Below, one piece after another: positions 9,515 through 19,231 of a stretch of 64,000 nt of DNA. The position numbers and the translations under genes were made by a program. Positions within the stretch are counted from its first letter, which is position 1. Every line of letters begins with the position of its first letter. The notes under the pieces were generated by a model. That model was not told the origin of the DNA, searched no databases, and saw nothing but the letters and a program-made list of their open reading frames with translations. This DNA is from a bacterium. Its GTDB lineage: Bacteria; Hinthialibacterota; Hinthialibacteria; Hinthialibacterales; Hinthialibacteraceae. The stretch spans positions 76,519-140,518 of the forward strand of contig CAXXSM010000021.1 of assembly GCA_963663405.2 (NCBI GenBank). Direction: 5' to 3'.

Positions 9515-10624
9515 TTAAAGTAAAAACACACCGCGCCGCCCCCCCAGCGGCGCGAAAATTTCAAAAGAAATATCCTTGTTCAATCGGTGAGAAAATACAG
9601 TTATTTTTTCCTCAGGCTTATCTTCTTCTTTCTCTTCCGGGGTATCTTTTTTCGTCCCGGAGTATTCCCGATCCACTTCTAAATCCATCCTTTCCAATTC
9701 GGAGGATGAATCTTTTCTCACGAATTCAGGGGGGCTGTTTGGGAATAGGTTCCATTAACCGTGACATTGAATTTCATCGAGGAAGAAGATGGAAAATCAG
9801 ATCCACTCACACTCGTCTGCATATCGATATCGATCTCCATATCCGATTCTTCATGAAGGGAAAGAAATATGCCCTTTATCGATCGCAAACCGAATATCCC
9901 CTTTTCCAGCCGTCGCATATTTCTTGAAGACAAAATCAAGAGAAACGGCGCCTAGTTTTTGACTGGTTGTATTCGGCTCAAACGAGATATCGCTCTCATC
10001 GAGATACGTTTCTGTTTCGATCACCGCGATCTTCTCTCCCTCTTCTTCGATCACATCTTTTAACGTATAGGTCGAACTGAGAATCAATTCTTTCGATGCG
10101 CCCGTCATCGGAATTACCCGGTCCGCGTTCCATCTCGCCCCAATCTCGACCGGCTCTTCGGGAAACGTCAGCCAGGGATTTTGCTCTGCGGGAGAACGTC
10201 CCACATTGGCCATATTGGATTTCGCGCCGGGCAGCGTCGGTTCTTTCAACACCTTCCCGCTGCTGTTAATTGTAAGCAGCAAGCGCGTCGAATTACGGAT
10301 ACCGAGGAGGCTCCGTAGATTCTGCTCTTCCCCTTGGTTGATCATGGTCATCTTCGGAATTCCGATCTGGATCGTCGCGGCGCCGTCATTATCAATCTCC
10401 ACCGTTTTAAACGACATCACAATATCCATGCTCACATCAATGGGGATATCCATCGAACCGGTTTTGGTCACTCCCATATTATGGTTCCGCATGGTTAGAT
10501 AATAGGTGTCATCCAACACGAAAATATTCTTTAAAAGATACGATTCAGCCGAATTCGCAACCGGAATAACGGCCAGTAACGTCAATAAACCAAATCCAAG
10601 CGTACAAAAAGAAAAACGTTTCAT
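9515..10624 (-). CDS. Secreted hypothetical protein with charged C-terminal tail, 2 apparent frameshifts
   Basis: Signal peptide after AGGAG RBS; three consecutive ORF pieces (9851-10624, 9718-9939, 9515-9721). Confidence 0.6.
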
Positions 10625-10750
10625 GAAAAACTCCTTTCGCGGCGCCGCGCGGTGAATGAACTCTCAATATAACGTCTATACAGATTAAAGAGTATCATAA
10701 TTATCCCCCATCCAGCCACAACATCTAAATCTGACGGTATAAAACTCCAG

Positions 10751-12034
10751 TTATTTCTCCCAAGGAATAAATTCCTCTTTGCCCCCAAGGTATGGACGAA
10801 GAACTTCGGGAATCACGATCGATCCATCCTCCCGCTGATTATTTTCCAAAATGGAGATCATCAAACGCGGTGTCGCCAATCCCGATCCGTTGAGCGTATG
10901 CACGTAACGCGGTTTCCCCCCACCGTCTTTCGGACGGTACCGGATATTCCCCCGCCGCGCCTGGTAGTCTTCGCAATTGCTGCACGAAGAGACTTCGTAA
11001 TACGAGTCCTGTCCCGGCAGCCAGACTTCGATATCGAAGGTTTTCGCCGACTGATTCCCGATATCCCCCGTCACCAGCAACGTCGTCTGGTAATGTAGAC
11101 CCAATTCCTCTAACACATGTTCGGCGTCTTTGACGAGTTTATCCAATTCGTCGTACGAGGTTTCCGGCGTGGTGTATTTATACATCTCCACCTTATTAAA
11201 TTGATGGATTCGCACCAGCCCACGTTCTTCCGCCCCATATGTCCCCGCCTCTCGCCGGAAACAGGGCGTGAGCGAGGTGTAATAGAGGGGCAGATCGTCC
11301 TCATCGATGATCTCGTTGCGGTAGAGGCTCGTCAACGGCACTTCGCTGGTGGGCAGGAGATAGAATGGATCGTCTTTGCATTTATACAACTGGTCTTCAA
11401 ACTTGGGCAGGTTGCCTGACGCGAAGGTTGTCTCCCGATTCAACAATAACGGTGGAATCACGCTGACGAACCCCCGCGCGCGGTGATGTTCACGCATGAA
11501 CGTCAACAGCGCCCATTCCAGTTCCGCCCCCCAGCCGATATAGAGCGGGAACTGCGCCCCGGCGATTTTCGCCGCGCGTTCCAGATCGAACAGCCCGTTC
11601 ATCTTGCCCAATTCCAGGTGGTTTCTCGGTTCGAAGTCAAATTCCCGCTTCGTTCCGTGGGTTCGCACGACCTGATTGTTCCGCTTGTCCATATCGGTCG
11701 GGACCGATTCGTGAGGGATGTTGGGCAGTTCAGAGACTTTAAAGTTGAGCGTATCGACGACCGTCTTGAGTTGCGATGTTTTCTCTTTAGCCTCTTTGGA
11801 GAGGGATTGCATCTCCTTCATCAGATCCCCGGCGTCTTCTTTCGCTTTGCGTCGTTTCGCGATTTCCTGGTTGACCGTATTTTGCCGCGCTTTCATCGCG
11901 TCGGTCTCGGTCTGCAAGGCGCGCCGCTGGGTATCCAGTTCGACGATTTCATTCAACGAAATCCCCGGTTCCCGGCGCCGGAGTTGTTCCTCCACCCAAT
12001 CTTTCTTCTCACGAATGAGTTTAATATCCAGCAC
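10751..12034 (-). CDS. serS: Serine--tRNA ligase
   Basis: GTG start after AAGGAGG (VLDIKLIRE); LPTSEVPL, FRREAG, EVSSCSNC and HTLNGSGLA motifs. Confidence 0.97.
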   Translation of the reverse strand: MLDIKLIREKKDWVEEQLRRREPGISLNEIVELDTQRRALQTETDAMKARQNTVNQEIAKRRKAKEDAGDLMKEMQSLSKEAKEKTSQLKTVVDTLNFKVSELPNIPHESVPTDMDKRNNQVVRTHGTKREFDFEPRNHLELGKMNGLFDLERAAKIAGAQFPLYIGWGAELEWALLTFMREHHRARGFVSVIPPLLLNRETTFASGNLPKFEDQLYKCKDDPFYLLPTSEVPLTSLYRNEIIDEDDLPLYYTSLTPCFRREAGTYGAEERGLVRIHQFNKVEMYKYTTPETSYDELDKLVKDAEHVLEELGLHYQTTLLVTGDIGNQSAKTFDIEVWLPGQDSYYEVSSCSNCEDYQARRGNIRYRPKDGGGKPRYVHTLNGSGLATPRLMISILENNQREDGSIVIPEVLRPYLGGKEEFIPWEK

Positions 12035-12210
12035 GTAGACGATCCTCCTTCTATCGAATAACCAAAAATGTTCTATCGAGATCAAAAAAAACGCAAAGCG
12101 CCCTTTAACCAAGCGCAGACGCCAAGCCTTTAGTATAGTATAGAAACAACCAGACAAAAATGGAGAGCGGGAACGATCCCAATCAAATAGACTTTGGAGA
12201 AACCACGCCA

Positions 12211-12257
12211 AATAAAAAACCCAGCGCGGAATGGCTGGGGGGCGATTCCGCGCTGGG
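12211..12257 (-). terminator. Repeated 38-bp hairpin, copy 1, with U-tract (terminator)
   Basis: CCCAGCGCGGAAT-N12-ATTCCGCGCTGGG followed on the minus strand by TTTTTTATT. Confidence 0.75.
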
Positions 12258-12289
12258 AGTTGTGGCTCCTTTCTCTTTTTAGTGAATTG

Positions 12290-13327
12290 TTATTCGTATA
12301 AGGACGCGTCCTTTGTGGAGGCTTGGATGTCGCTGATGTCCCAGAGGTGGACATTGTCACCATGTAAGATCATCAGATATTTTCCATTCTTTGAGAAAGA
12401 GTGTTGATGTGAACCTCCTGGAGGAAACGTTCTTACAATTGTCCATGAATCAAATTGAACAAGAGCCATTTCAAAATTTATTACTAAAAGCAAGTACTTA
12501 CCGTTTGGTGAAAATGTTCCACCAATACAAATATTGTCATCGTTTACATTAAAAACGCGCTTTCGTTCTTTATCATCCGCGTTCCAGACTTCAAACACAG
12601 TCACGCGTGTTGATGAATCTGGCCAATCTACACGCATACTAATTATATTCTTTTCATCTGGTGCAACGATCACACCTCTTTCAAAGAAAGACAATAACTC
12701 TCCGCTAAAAGCATCATATATGTAACCATTTTGATTGGAATTTACATATATTCTTCGATTGTCTTGCAAAAAAACAGCGGAATTTAAAAGGAAATCATCT
12801 GATATTATATTGGCAATTGTATTCGTTTTGATATCCAATATAAAAATTGAATTTTCCTTATTGTCATGCAATATCATTCCGATAAGAAGAGAGTTACCAT
12901 TAGGAGAGAAACTGATGGTAGAAGATTCTGAATTAAAATCAATATTTGTCGCTTCTAATTTGAATGTATTGACAATCGAACCGTCTTTAACATCCCAGAC
13001 TGTGACAACCGCCCTATTATCACAAGCGGCGACAAGGCGGCTATCTTCAGAAAATCGGATTCCAACAATAACCATGAGTGGATCATTGTCGGTGGGTAAA
13101 GACCGTACAATTTCACCTGTCGAAGTGTCATACAAATTGACGTTCCCTTTGGAGGATAATACTATTAACGAACCATCGGGCGCCAAATCAGCGCGGCAAA
13201 ACTTTGTATCAGCTTGGATATTTAACAAAGGTTCTTCCTGCGCCTGCGCTAAACTTACAAATATGCATATGCCAATACTAAGTATGATAGTTTTTTGAAT
13301 TTTGTGATAATGTCTTTTCGTTTTCAT
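12290..13327 (-). CDS. Secreted WD40 beta-propeller protein, paralog A
   Basis: Signal peptide, FSPNG/WD repeats; near-duplicate of 14618-15649. Confidence 0.85.
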   Translation of the reverse strand: MKTKRHYHKIQKTIILSIGICIFVSLAQAQEEPLLNIQADTKFCRADLAPDGSLIVLSSKGNVNLYDTSTGEIVRSLPTDNDPLMVIVGIRFSEDSRLVAACDNRAVVTVWDVKDGSIVNTFKLEATNIDFNSESSTISFSPNGNSLLIGMILHDNKENSIFILDIKTNTIANIISDDFLLNSAVFLQDNRRIYVNSNQNGYIYDAFSGELLSFFERGVIVAPDEKNIISMRVDWPDSSTRVTVFEVWNADDKERKRVFNVNDDNICIGGTFSPNGKYLLLVINFEMALVQFDSWTIVRTFPPGGSHQHSFSKNGKYLMILHGDNVHLWDISDIQASTKDASLYE

Positions 13328-13382
13328 GATAGACCGTTTGAGTATGTTAATCTGTAGTTCAAATATATTCGTTGTTTTGAGA

Positions 13383-13420
13383 CCCAGCGCGGAATGGCTG
13401 GGGGGCGATTCCGCGCTGGG
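13383..13420. repeat. Repeated 38-bp hairpin, copy 2
   Basis: Identical to 12220-12257, without U-tract. Confidence 0.9.
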
Positions 13421-13432
13421 GGGAGGTGGTTC

Positions 13433-14512
13433 TTACTGATACACTTGAGAATCGGGGACTGAGGTGACTAGATCGCTGATATCCCAGATGTGGATCGTGT
13501 TCCCGTTGACGGTCAGGAAGCGTTTTCCATCGGGGAAGAACTTGACGATGTAATCCGCAGTGGTTGGCGAATTTTTCTCACTCGCGCGTTCGATTGAGTA
13601 CGAGCGCAGAGAATCCCCTGTGTCCGCATTGTAGATTACACGCTCGGACATTGTGTTCTTTTCTTCGTTTATAACACCAGGGATAAGCACTGTTTTACCA
13701 TCAGGGGATAACGCCACCGTCTCTGTTTTACCTGCTGTATGCGGTAAGGTATGTATGATTTCCCCGGTTTCAAAATCCCATAAGCGAACATTCCATCCAC
13801 CAACAGTAATTATCTTCTTCCAATCGCTTGAAGGTGATGATGCATCACCAAAAAAAACTATACCTGTCAATTCATCATCTTCTAAATCTAATATTGATGT
13901 ACCACCACCTTCAACAATCAACACTTCTCTTCCATTTGGTAAAAACGTCAGAGAAGTTATCCAACTACGTTCCTTATATCTTCGTATTTCTTCTCCCGTC
14001 TTGACATCCCACATTTGCAGATAGCCGTTGACATCGCCTGTTAGCACTCTCTGACTATCAGGGGAAAAGGCAATACCGAGTATCCCGGCTACAAGTGTTT
14101 TTCCCCGGCTGGGATCGCTGACCGTCCCACTTTCCAGGGTATGAATTAACGCCCCTGTCTCTACATCCCATAATTTCGCCTCAAACGCATCCGAGCCAGT
14201 CATGACATATTTTCCATCCGGAGAGAAGGCAGAACTGTAGATTAAACCTCGTTTTCCTTCTAGAAAAACAAGTTCTCTTCCCGTTTTCGCATCAAAGATG
14301 TGAGCATTAGAAAAATCAGCCCCTAAAATTTTCTCTCCATCGGGAGAGATGGATACTGTGCTAAGCGTGTACGGGTTTTCAGCTTCGAGATTTACAATAG
14401 GAATTGATAGAATCGGCTGTTCTTGTCCCGATACAGGCAAAGACAAGAAAATCATTGCGAAAAGTGGAATTGCACAATACGTTTGGTTGAGATTAGACAT
14501 TTTCTTATTCAC
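13433..14512 (-). CDS. Secreted WD40 beta-propeller protein, paralog B (divergent)
   Basis: Signal peptide and AFSPDG...WD repeats. True start is probably ATG at 14523 (MKTK) with a 1-bp deletion. Confidence 0.85.
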   Translation of the reverse strand: MNKKMSNLNQTYCAIPLFAMIFLSLPVSGQEQPILSIPIVNLEAENPYTLSTVSISPDGEKILGADFSNAHIFDAKTGRELVFLEGKRGLIYSSAFSPDGKYVMTGSDAFEAKLWDVETGALIHTLESGTVSDPSRGKTLVAGILGIAFSPDSQRVLTGDVNGYLQMWDVKTGEEIRRYKERSWITSLTFLPNGREVLIVEGGGTSILDLEDDELTGIVFFGDASSPSSDWKKIITVGGWNVRLWDFETGEIIHTLPHTAGKTETVALSPDGKTVLIPGVINEEKNTMSERVIYNADTGDSLRSYSIERASEKNSPTTADYIVKFFPDGKRFLTVNGNTIHIWDISDLVTSVPDSQVYQ

Positions 14513-14548
14513 TTTGTTTTCATGATTGATCTTTTTCTTATTTCAAGT

Positions 14549-14586
14549 CCCAGCGCGGAACGGCTGGGGGGCGATTCCGCGCTGGG
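14549..14586. repeat. Repeated 38-bp hairpin, copy 3
   Basis: One mismatch to copies 1 and 2, without U-tract. Confidence 0.9.
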
Positions 14587-14617
14587 GGGGTGGTTCCTTT
14601 CTCTTTTTAGTGAATTG

Positions 14618-15649
14618 TTATTCGTATAAGGACGCATCCTTTGTTGAGGCTTCAATATCGCTGATATCCCACAGTTTAACGTTATCACCTAGAAAGATCA
14701 TCAGATATTTTCCATCCTTTGAGAAAGAGTGTTGATGTGAACCACCTGGAGGAAACGTTCTTACAATTGTCCATGAATCAAATTGAACAAGAGCCATTTC
14801 AAAATTTATTACCAAAAGCAAGTACTTACCGTTTGGTGAAAATGTTCCACCAAGAAAAATATTATCATAGTTTACATCAAAAACGCGCGTTCGTTCTTTA
14901 TCATCCACGTTCCAGACTTCAAACTCAGTCAAACCTGTCTCTGCATCTAGCCAACGCATACTAATAACAGTTTTTTCATCTGGCGTAATGATCACACCTC
15001 TTTCAAAGAAAGACAATAACTCTCCGCTAAAAGCATCATATATGTAACCATTTTGCCTTGAATTAACATAAATTCTTCGATTGTCTTGCAAAAAAACAGC
15101 GGAATTTAAAAGGAAATTATCTGATAATTTATTGGCGATTGTATCCGTTTTGATATCCAATATAAAAATAGAATTTTCCTTATTATCATGCAATACAATT
15201 CCGACAAGAAGAGAGTTACCATTTGGAGAGAAACTGATGGAAGCATATTCTGAATTAACATCAATATTTGGCGCTTCTAATTTGAATGTATTGACAATCG
15301 AACCGTCTTTAACATCCCATACTGTGACAACCGCCCTATTATCACAAGCGGCGACAAGGCGGCTATCTTCGGAAAATCGGATTCCAACAATGTCCATGAG
15401 TGGATCATTATCGATGGGTAAAGACCGTACAATTTCACCCGTCGAAGTGTCATACAAATTAATGTTCCCTTTGGAGGACAATACAATTAACGAACCATCA
15501 GGCGCCAAATCAGCGCGGCAGAACTTTGAGTCAGCTTGGATATTTAACAAAGGTTCTTCCTGCGCCTGCGCGAAACATCCGCATATACAACAGACGATAC
15601 TGAGTATGATAGTTTTTTGGATTTTGTGATTAAATCTTTTTGTTTTCAT
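14618..15649 (-). CDS. Secreted WD40 beta-propeller protein, paralog C
   Basis: AAAGGAG RBS; near-duplicate of paralog A. Confidence 0.85.
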   Translation of the reverse strand: MKTKRFNHKIQKTIILSIVCCICGCFAQAQEEPLLNIQADSKFCRADLAPDGSLIVLSSKGNINLYDTSTGEIVRSLPIDNDPLMDIVGIRFSEDSRLVAACDNRAVVTVWDVKDGSIVNTFKLEAPNIDVNSEYASISFSPNGNSLLVGIVLHDNKENSIFILDIKTDTIANKLSDNFLLNSAVFLQDNRRIYVNSRQNGYIYDAFSGELLSFFERGVIITPDEKTVISMRWLDAETGLTEFEVWNVDDKERTRVFDVNYDNIFLGGTFSPNGKYLLLVINFEMALVQFDSWTIVRTFPPGGSHQHSFSKDGKYLMIFLGDNVKLWDISDIEASTKDASLYE

Positions 15650-15683
15650 GATTGGTGTCTCCTTTAACTAATGTTTCTAATTG

Positions 15684-18554
15684 TTAATTAAAACGAATGA
15701 TCATTGGGTTTACATTAACATTGGGGATAATGTATATAGTTTTTCCCTTGTTTGAATCATAGTTACCAGGTACTTGCGTTTGATAATCTAATGTAACAGG
15801 TGACGAAGAAAAATTAAATTGATAAATATTGGCATTTAGATAGGATGTATTACCGGGCGCATAGAAATTACGATTTTCCGAATTTGGAAATACCTCATAT
15901 TCATCAGTGTGGCTATCAAATCGCCAAATTGCGCCCCATTTTTCACCATTCGCATTGATCCATCCGCATCGGATAGTACCATCTTCAAGATTCCAATAAC
16001 CTAAAACATCTTGCTCATATCTCTCATAGTTTTCTTCTTCTTCGAAACCAGCTGGGATCCAACAACTGTATCCTGCTAAATTAAGGCCGGGTTTACCAGA
16101 TCCACCTTTGAATAATAGTTCAGCCACCTTGCATATCTTACGCTCCACATCATCGCTTTGATACATACAAAGTGCTGGACACCATGAACTATATGGGTGA
16201 GAAAAATAGATGCTTGAATGCCAGGGTCTTCTCTCTATTTCCGTCAACATTGTCGCATCCATCAAAACACGGCGAAGATAGAATATCGCTTGACTGGTTT
16301 CAGTAAAATCCTCATTCTTTAGAAACGCATATTCTGTGATTGAAAAATCGGGGCGATATCCACCTCGATTACATGTATCAAAAATATCATCAATTCGTTG
16401 CAACCATGTTTTTCTACTACCATTAGTTTGGTGAAGATCTTCTGGAGGACAATACATACTACCATGTATAGAAATCACTTCTGGCAGCCGATGGAGAGAA
16501 CCACCTGATTCACTTCTTACTGTATCGATAAAGCCACAGTAAAACGCGCGATCATACTTGCCGATACCAGGCACATCACCATCTGGATAGGATAGTGTTT
16601 TGTGATCTGCATTGCTCCCCCCACTATGAATTTTCAAATAAGGCCATTCGGACTTAATGCGGTCTCTCGCTTCCAAGTAGTATAATGCGAAATTACCTCC
16701 AGCATTATACGCATTTGAAGGAGTACTAGTGTTACCCCAAAGTGATTCCCCAGCTTCTTCATTTCCCAATTCAACATCGGTGATTGTATTACTTATAGTT
16801 CCATCAATATAATCACTAACTCGATTCAGTCGATACATGACAAAACTTGCATATTCATCGGCGTCAGGTACATTATTACCTGTGTCATAACTGCCCTCTT
16901 CCAAGCAATGCATCCAACAAGTTGAAGCGCCAGCTACGAAACAAGGAACAACTTTTAATCCCTGATCATACGAACTATCGACGATTGTATCGATATAGCC
17001 TGAATAATAATCATGAGCAAAATAGCGGATACAATGCAAGTGATCTTTTTTCTGTCTCTCAAGATTCGTGTCAAGAGCAACACTAGTGAACGCGTTATGA
17101 GCGCCGAAGAGTGGTGAATCATATATCACCGTAAGACGGGGACGTTGTAAAACCGTTCCGTATTCGCAGGAACGAATTTGAAAGAATTTGTATAGAGGAA
17201 GATCGTCACTTGTGATGATAAAGCCACGATCCCTTACATACGATGTGCCAGAAGCAAGTTGGATAGTCATTGCATTTGTCACATCAAAATCGATATAAAT
17301 GTTATCTTGATTGGCAGGCAAAACAACAGGAGGTGTCATCGGCTCATCGAATGAACCACCTGCTGTACTCCAGCTGGTGCCACTAAGCCGATTATTGTAA
17401 GTTACATAGCTTTCATACCAATTTTCAGTCACGGAGAAAGCGCGAGCTTCCGCATCGGATGTCAGATTGCTATCGTTCATATACAATCGTAATGTAGCGG
17501 CATTAATGATAGTAGCCGAACTAATTACAATATTTACTATGAATCCAAAAATCAGCCGATCGTCATCGTTGTCGAATGTAAAAGATGTTGCCGATCCATA
17601 ATTTGTGGTTGGACTGTTCTCATTGAGTAAGGAATCTTCCGTATAATTGTTGCTAAAAAACGAATGGCTTGGATCGATCGCGATATCCCCATACGGCGCG
17701 TTCGCCAAATCTCCCAAATGAGCGGAGATTTCAGCGGTTCCGGGAGCGTTTTCGTTTAGCTTCCAATACTGCGCAGTGCGGATTTGGGGGGATTCATCGA
17801 TGGATTCGATCGGGTCTCCGTTTTCATCCAAGGGATACGCCTCCACCGGGCGAAGAGAGCAAACCACTTCACCATCCCGTACAAACCGCAACGTCTGGTT
17901 TGTATCAATCGGTTCAGCGTAAAGATCGCGCGATTGACCTTCCTGCCTCGCTTCGCTGGTGATGAAGACTTCGGGGATTTCGAACCGCGCCGTTAAGAAC
18001 GCGTCCTCTGCCAATACACCTGCGAACACTCCAGCGCGCAGCTGGTCCACATAGGATGCCCGCAGGATGACGTCCACTTTGAGGATATCATTTATGTAAC
18101 GGATTGAAAAATCGATGTTGGGGAAGACATCACTCCAACGGATCGTGTCTCCGATGACTTGATAGGCGCCCCAATTCGGCGATCCCAATCCCAGCGAACG
18201 AAACGCGTCCCCCCGTCCGATTCCGAGATCGGCGAGACGGTAGGTGAACGTGTCTCCTTTGTGGCTGGCCTGATAGGTTCCGTCATTACGGACTCGCAGC
18301 GACCAGATCCCCGTGGTGACCTCGTAGTCCCAATCCGGATCGTTGGAGGAGACCAGATCGGTCACAACCGGCGTCAAATCGCCTTCCTCATTGTAGTAAT
18401 ATTTTGGATAGCTGAGGAATTCGATCGAACAGGATGAGGTCTGTTCGGCGTTTTCGTAGAGCGGAATCGGCGTAAATGAATCCGTCTGCCCAAACGCGTA
18501 ACTAACTATTACAAACGTACAAACAATCGGTAGAAATCGAATTAATTTACTCAT
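15684..18554 (-). CDS. Large secreted protein with DNRLRE-like domain and clan GH-A-like glycoside hydrolase domain
   Basis: GGAGG RBS and signal peptide; DSLLNE..PTTNYG..ATLRLY..RPRLTVIY (DNRLRE-like); VELGNEE and FSITEY resemble GH-A acid/base and nucleophile motifs. Confidence 0.7.
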   Translation of the reverse strand: MSKLIRFLPIVCTFVIVSYAFGQTDSFTPIPLYENAEQTSSCSIEFLSYPKYYYNEEGDLTPVVTDLVSSNDPDWDYEVTTGIWSLRVRNDGTYQASHKGDTFTYRLADLGIGRGDAFRSLGLGSPNWGAYQVIGDTIRWSDVFPNIDFSIRYINDILKVDVILRASYVDQLRAGVFAGVLAEDAFLTARFEIPEVFITSEARQEGQSRDLYAEPIDTNQTLRFVRDGEVVCSLRPVEAYPLDENGDPIESIDESPQIRTAQYWKLNENAPGTAEISAHLGDLANAPYGDIAIDPSHSFFSNNYTEDSLLNENSPTTNYGSATSFTFDNDDDRLIFGFIVNIVISSATIINAATLRLYMNDSNLTSDAEARAFSVTENWYESYVTYNNRLSGTSWSTAGGSFDEPMTPPVVLPANQDNIYIDFDVTNAMTIQLASGTSYVRDRGFIITSDDLPLYKFFQIRSCEYGTVLQRPRLTVIYDSPLFGAHNAFTSVALDTNLERQKKDHLHCIRYFAHDYYSGYIDTIVDSSYDQGLKVVPCFVAGASTCWMHCLEEGSYDTGNNVPDADEYASFVMYRLNRVSDYIDGTISNTITDVELGNEEAGESLWGNTSTPSNAYNAGGNFALYYLEARDRIKSEWPYLKIHSGGSNADHKTLSYPDGDVPGIGKYDRAFYCGFIDTVRSESGGSLHRLPEVISIHGSMYCPPEDLHQTNGSRKTWLQRIDDIFDTCNRGGYRPDFSITEYAFLKNEDFTETSQAIFYLRRVLMDATMLTEIERRPWHSSIYFSHPYSSWCPALCMYQSDDVERKICKVAELLFKGGSGKPGLNLAGYSCWIPAGFEEEENYERYEQDVLGYWNLEDGTIRCGWINANGEKWGAIWRFDSHTDEYEVFPNSENRNFYAPGNTSYLNANIYQFNFSSSPVTLDYQTQVPGNYDSNKGKTIYIIPNVNVNPMIIRFN

Positions 18555-18651
18555 TAAATCCTCCATACTATTTTGTAAAAAAACGTTGATGAAATATCGT
18601 TATGAACTCTCATTCTTTCCAATAACCTAAAAATAGGTTCAAACGGACGGT

Positions 18652-18759
18652 TCAATCAAACGTTTCTTTACAAAAAGGAGGCGGACGGCTCAAGCATTTA
18701 AAAATAACTTGACAGATCCAGCCCAAAAAGACTAGAATGAACTCAGAAAAAGGTTCCAT
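18652..18759 (-). CDS. Unannotated 35-aa hydrophobic peptide (candidate type I toxin or leader peptide)
   Basis: MEPFSEFILVFLGWICQVIFKCLSRPPPFCKETFD, with AAAGGA 9 nt before the ATG. Confidence 0.45.
   Translation of the reverse strand: MEPFSEFILVFLGWICQVIFKCLSRPPPFCKETFD
18709..18738 (+). promoter_or_regulatory. Sigma70 promoter for a candidate antisense sRNA
   Basis: TTGACA-N18-TAGAAT. Confidence 0.55.
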
Positions 18760-18821
18760 TGCAGTGTGTCCTTTTTCGAACGGGCGCGTGACTTGGTTTA
18801 GCGGCTAGGCACGCGCCTTTT
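18744..18821 (+). ncRNA. Candidate ~78-nt antisense sRNA
   Basis: Follows the promoter; hairpin GAAAAAGG/CCTTTTTC, then terminator GGCGCGTG...CACGCGCC-TTTT; no plus-strand gene follows. Confidence 0.5.
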
Positions 18822-19024
18822 ATGTTGTTTTCATTCTTAAATCACATCATTCGATCCTTACTATAAACTTGTCTTCATTCTTTCAAAAATCACCCAAGCG
18901 TTAATGGATTCAATGCGATCAGCGTGGACTATAACTCTAGGTTCTTTTCAATCTATGATGTGAGAAAAACGCCTCTGGATTCCCCGCCGACTCGTCTTAC
19001 CTGCCGAGACATGAAAACACATTA

Positions 19025-19053
19025 ACAATAACGCGCACCCCAAATACTGTCAA
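19025..19053 (-). promoter_or_regulatory. Sigma70 promoter for the peptide/hydrolase/WD40 operon
   Basis: TTGACA-N17-TATTGT on the minus strand. Confidence 0.5.
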
Positions 19054-19231
19054 CAATTATTTTTGGAACTCTTAAATTTTAGTTGACAGTTATATACATA
19101 TAACATCAAAAATTAATAAGACAAAAATAACAACATGTGTAATGTCATATTTGCAATTTGCAAACATGCAAATAAATATCGATGGTAAAATTTGTTAATG
19201 TATTAGAATATTCGCTTGCAATTCTTATATA

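Noticed and set aside
12290-15649. Diversity-generating retroelement TR/VR pair between WD40 paralogs A and C
   Set aside because: The 3'-end differences inspected are largely synonymous and not adenine-specific, and there is no reverse transcriptase in the window.
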